Source: Myxococcales bacterium
GTDB lineage: Bacteria > Myxococcota_A > UBA9042 > JABWCM01 > BTVJ01
Direction: 5' to 3'
NCBI GenBank assembly: GCA_045863395.1
Contig: BTVJ01000072.1
Coordinates: 1-36,276, forward strand
DNA length: 36,276 nucleotides
The notes under the pieces were generated by a model. It was not told where the DNA came from. It saw only the letters and a list, made by a program, of their open reading frames with translations, and searched no databases. Made by a program: the position numbers and the translations under genes. Positions 35,829-36,276 of this stretch are shown here, piece after piece. Every line of letters begins with the position of its first letter. Position 1 is the first letter of the stretch.

Positions 35829-36249
35829 CGCTGGAGCGCTGCCCTTCTTTCGCGAGCACGGCTACGTCGTGCTCCACGGCGTCCTCGGCGAGCCGGACCT
35901 TGCGACCATCGAAGAGGGGTGGAGCGAGGTCGTTGTGGAGGCGGCGTCCCGGGTAGGTTTTACGCCGGAGCACTTCGTCGAGCGCTTTCCGCAGAACCGC
36001 GATCTGTGGCGCAAGTCGGCCGGGTTTCGGAGATTGTTGATGGAGAGCCGGCAGGGTGAGGTTGCGCGCACCTTCCTCGATGTCACTGGCGTCCGGTTGT
36101 TCCACGACCACGCAATCTGCAAGCCGGCCACGGTGTCGGGGATCATCCCATGGCACCAGGACTCCGCGTACTGGCCGCTCGACCGGGTCGGGTTATCGCT
36201 GTGGACGCCCACGGGAGACGTCAGGGCAATCGCATCAAAAGCATCATGA
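35797..36249 (+). pseudogene. Phytanoyl-CoA dioxygenase (PhyH) family Fe(II)/2-oxoglutarate dioxygenase, 3'-truncated
   Basis: FFREHGYVVLHGVL, VRLFHDHAICKP, PWHQDSAYWP (HxD), SLWTP. Homology stops at ~36221, giving only 150 aa and no distal His. GGAGGGAGG RBS before ATG 35797. Confidence 0.75.
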
Positions 36250-36276
36250 TATCCGGGCCTATGGTGCGAGTGCGTG
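36222..36276. mobile_element. Probable terminal inverted repeat (end) of an ISAs1-family insertion sequence
   Basis: CAGGGCAATCGCATCAAAA begins exactly where PhyH homology stops and matches my recollection of ISAs1-family ends (CAGGGCAA...). The local sequence is AT-richer and lies at the window edge. Confidence 0.55.

Overview
High-GC bacterial DNA with gene content typical of Myxococcota or related deltaproteobacteria (Ser/Thr kinase, PEGA protein, giant Cys-rich lipoprotein); the taxonomy is my inference. From left to right: a probable IS91-like transposase remnant at the left edge; a hypothetical gene; a ~1880-aa unknown protein with about five degenerate internal repeats and a peptidoglycan-binding-like motif; a LysM/MepA endopeptidase, a degenerate class II amidotransferase and a small secreted protein; trmB coupled to a FadF-like Fe-S oxidoreductase; a three-gene cell-surface locus (membrane Ser/Thr kinase, TPR-PEGA-beta-barrel protein, 3160-aa lipoprotein with Ig-like, LamG and 40 alternating Cys-rich units); then DUF808, SDR, epimerase and membrane-protein genes. 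The right end is a compositionally distinct, tightly coupled five-gene operon: GT-A-like protein, SLOG/LOG protein, His-rich propeller-like protein, shortened M20 hydrolase and PhyH-type dioxygenase. The last gene appears to be cut by an ISAs1-like end at the window edge. The best candidates for undescribed systems are this five-gene operon, the kinase/barrel/giant-lipoprotein locus and the 1880-aa repeat protein. I saw no rRNA, tRNA or CRISPR array. All family calls come from motif recognition by eye, not from database searches.
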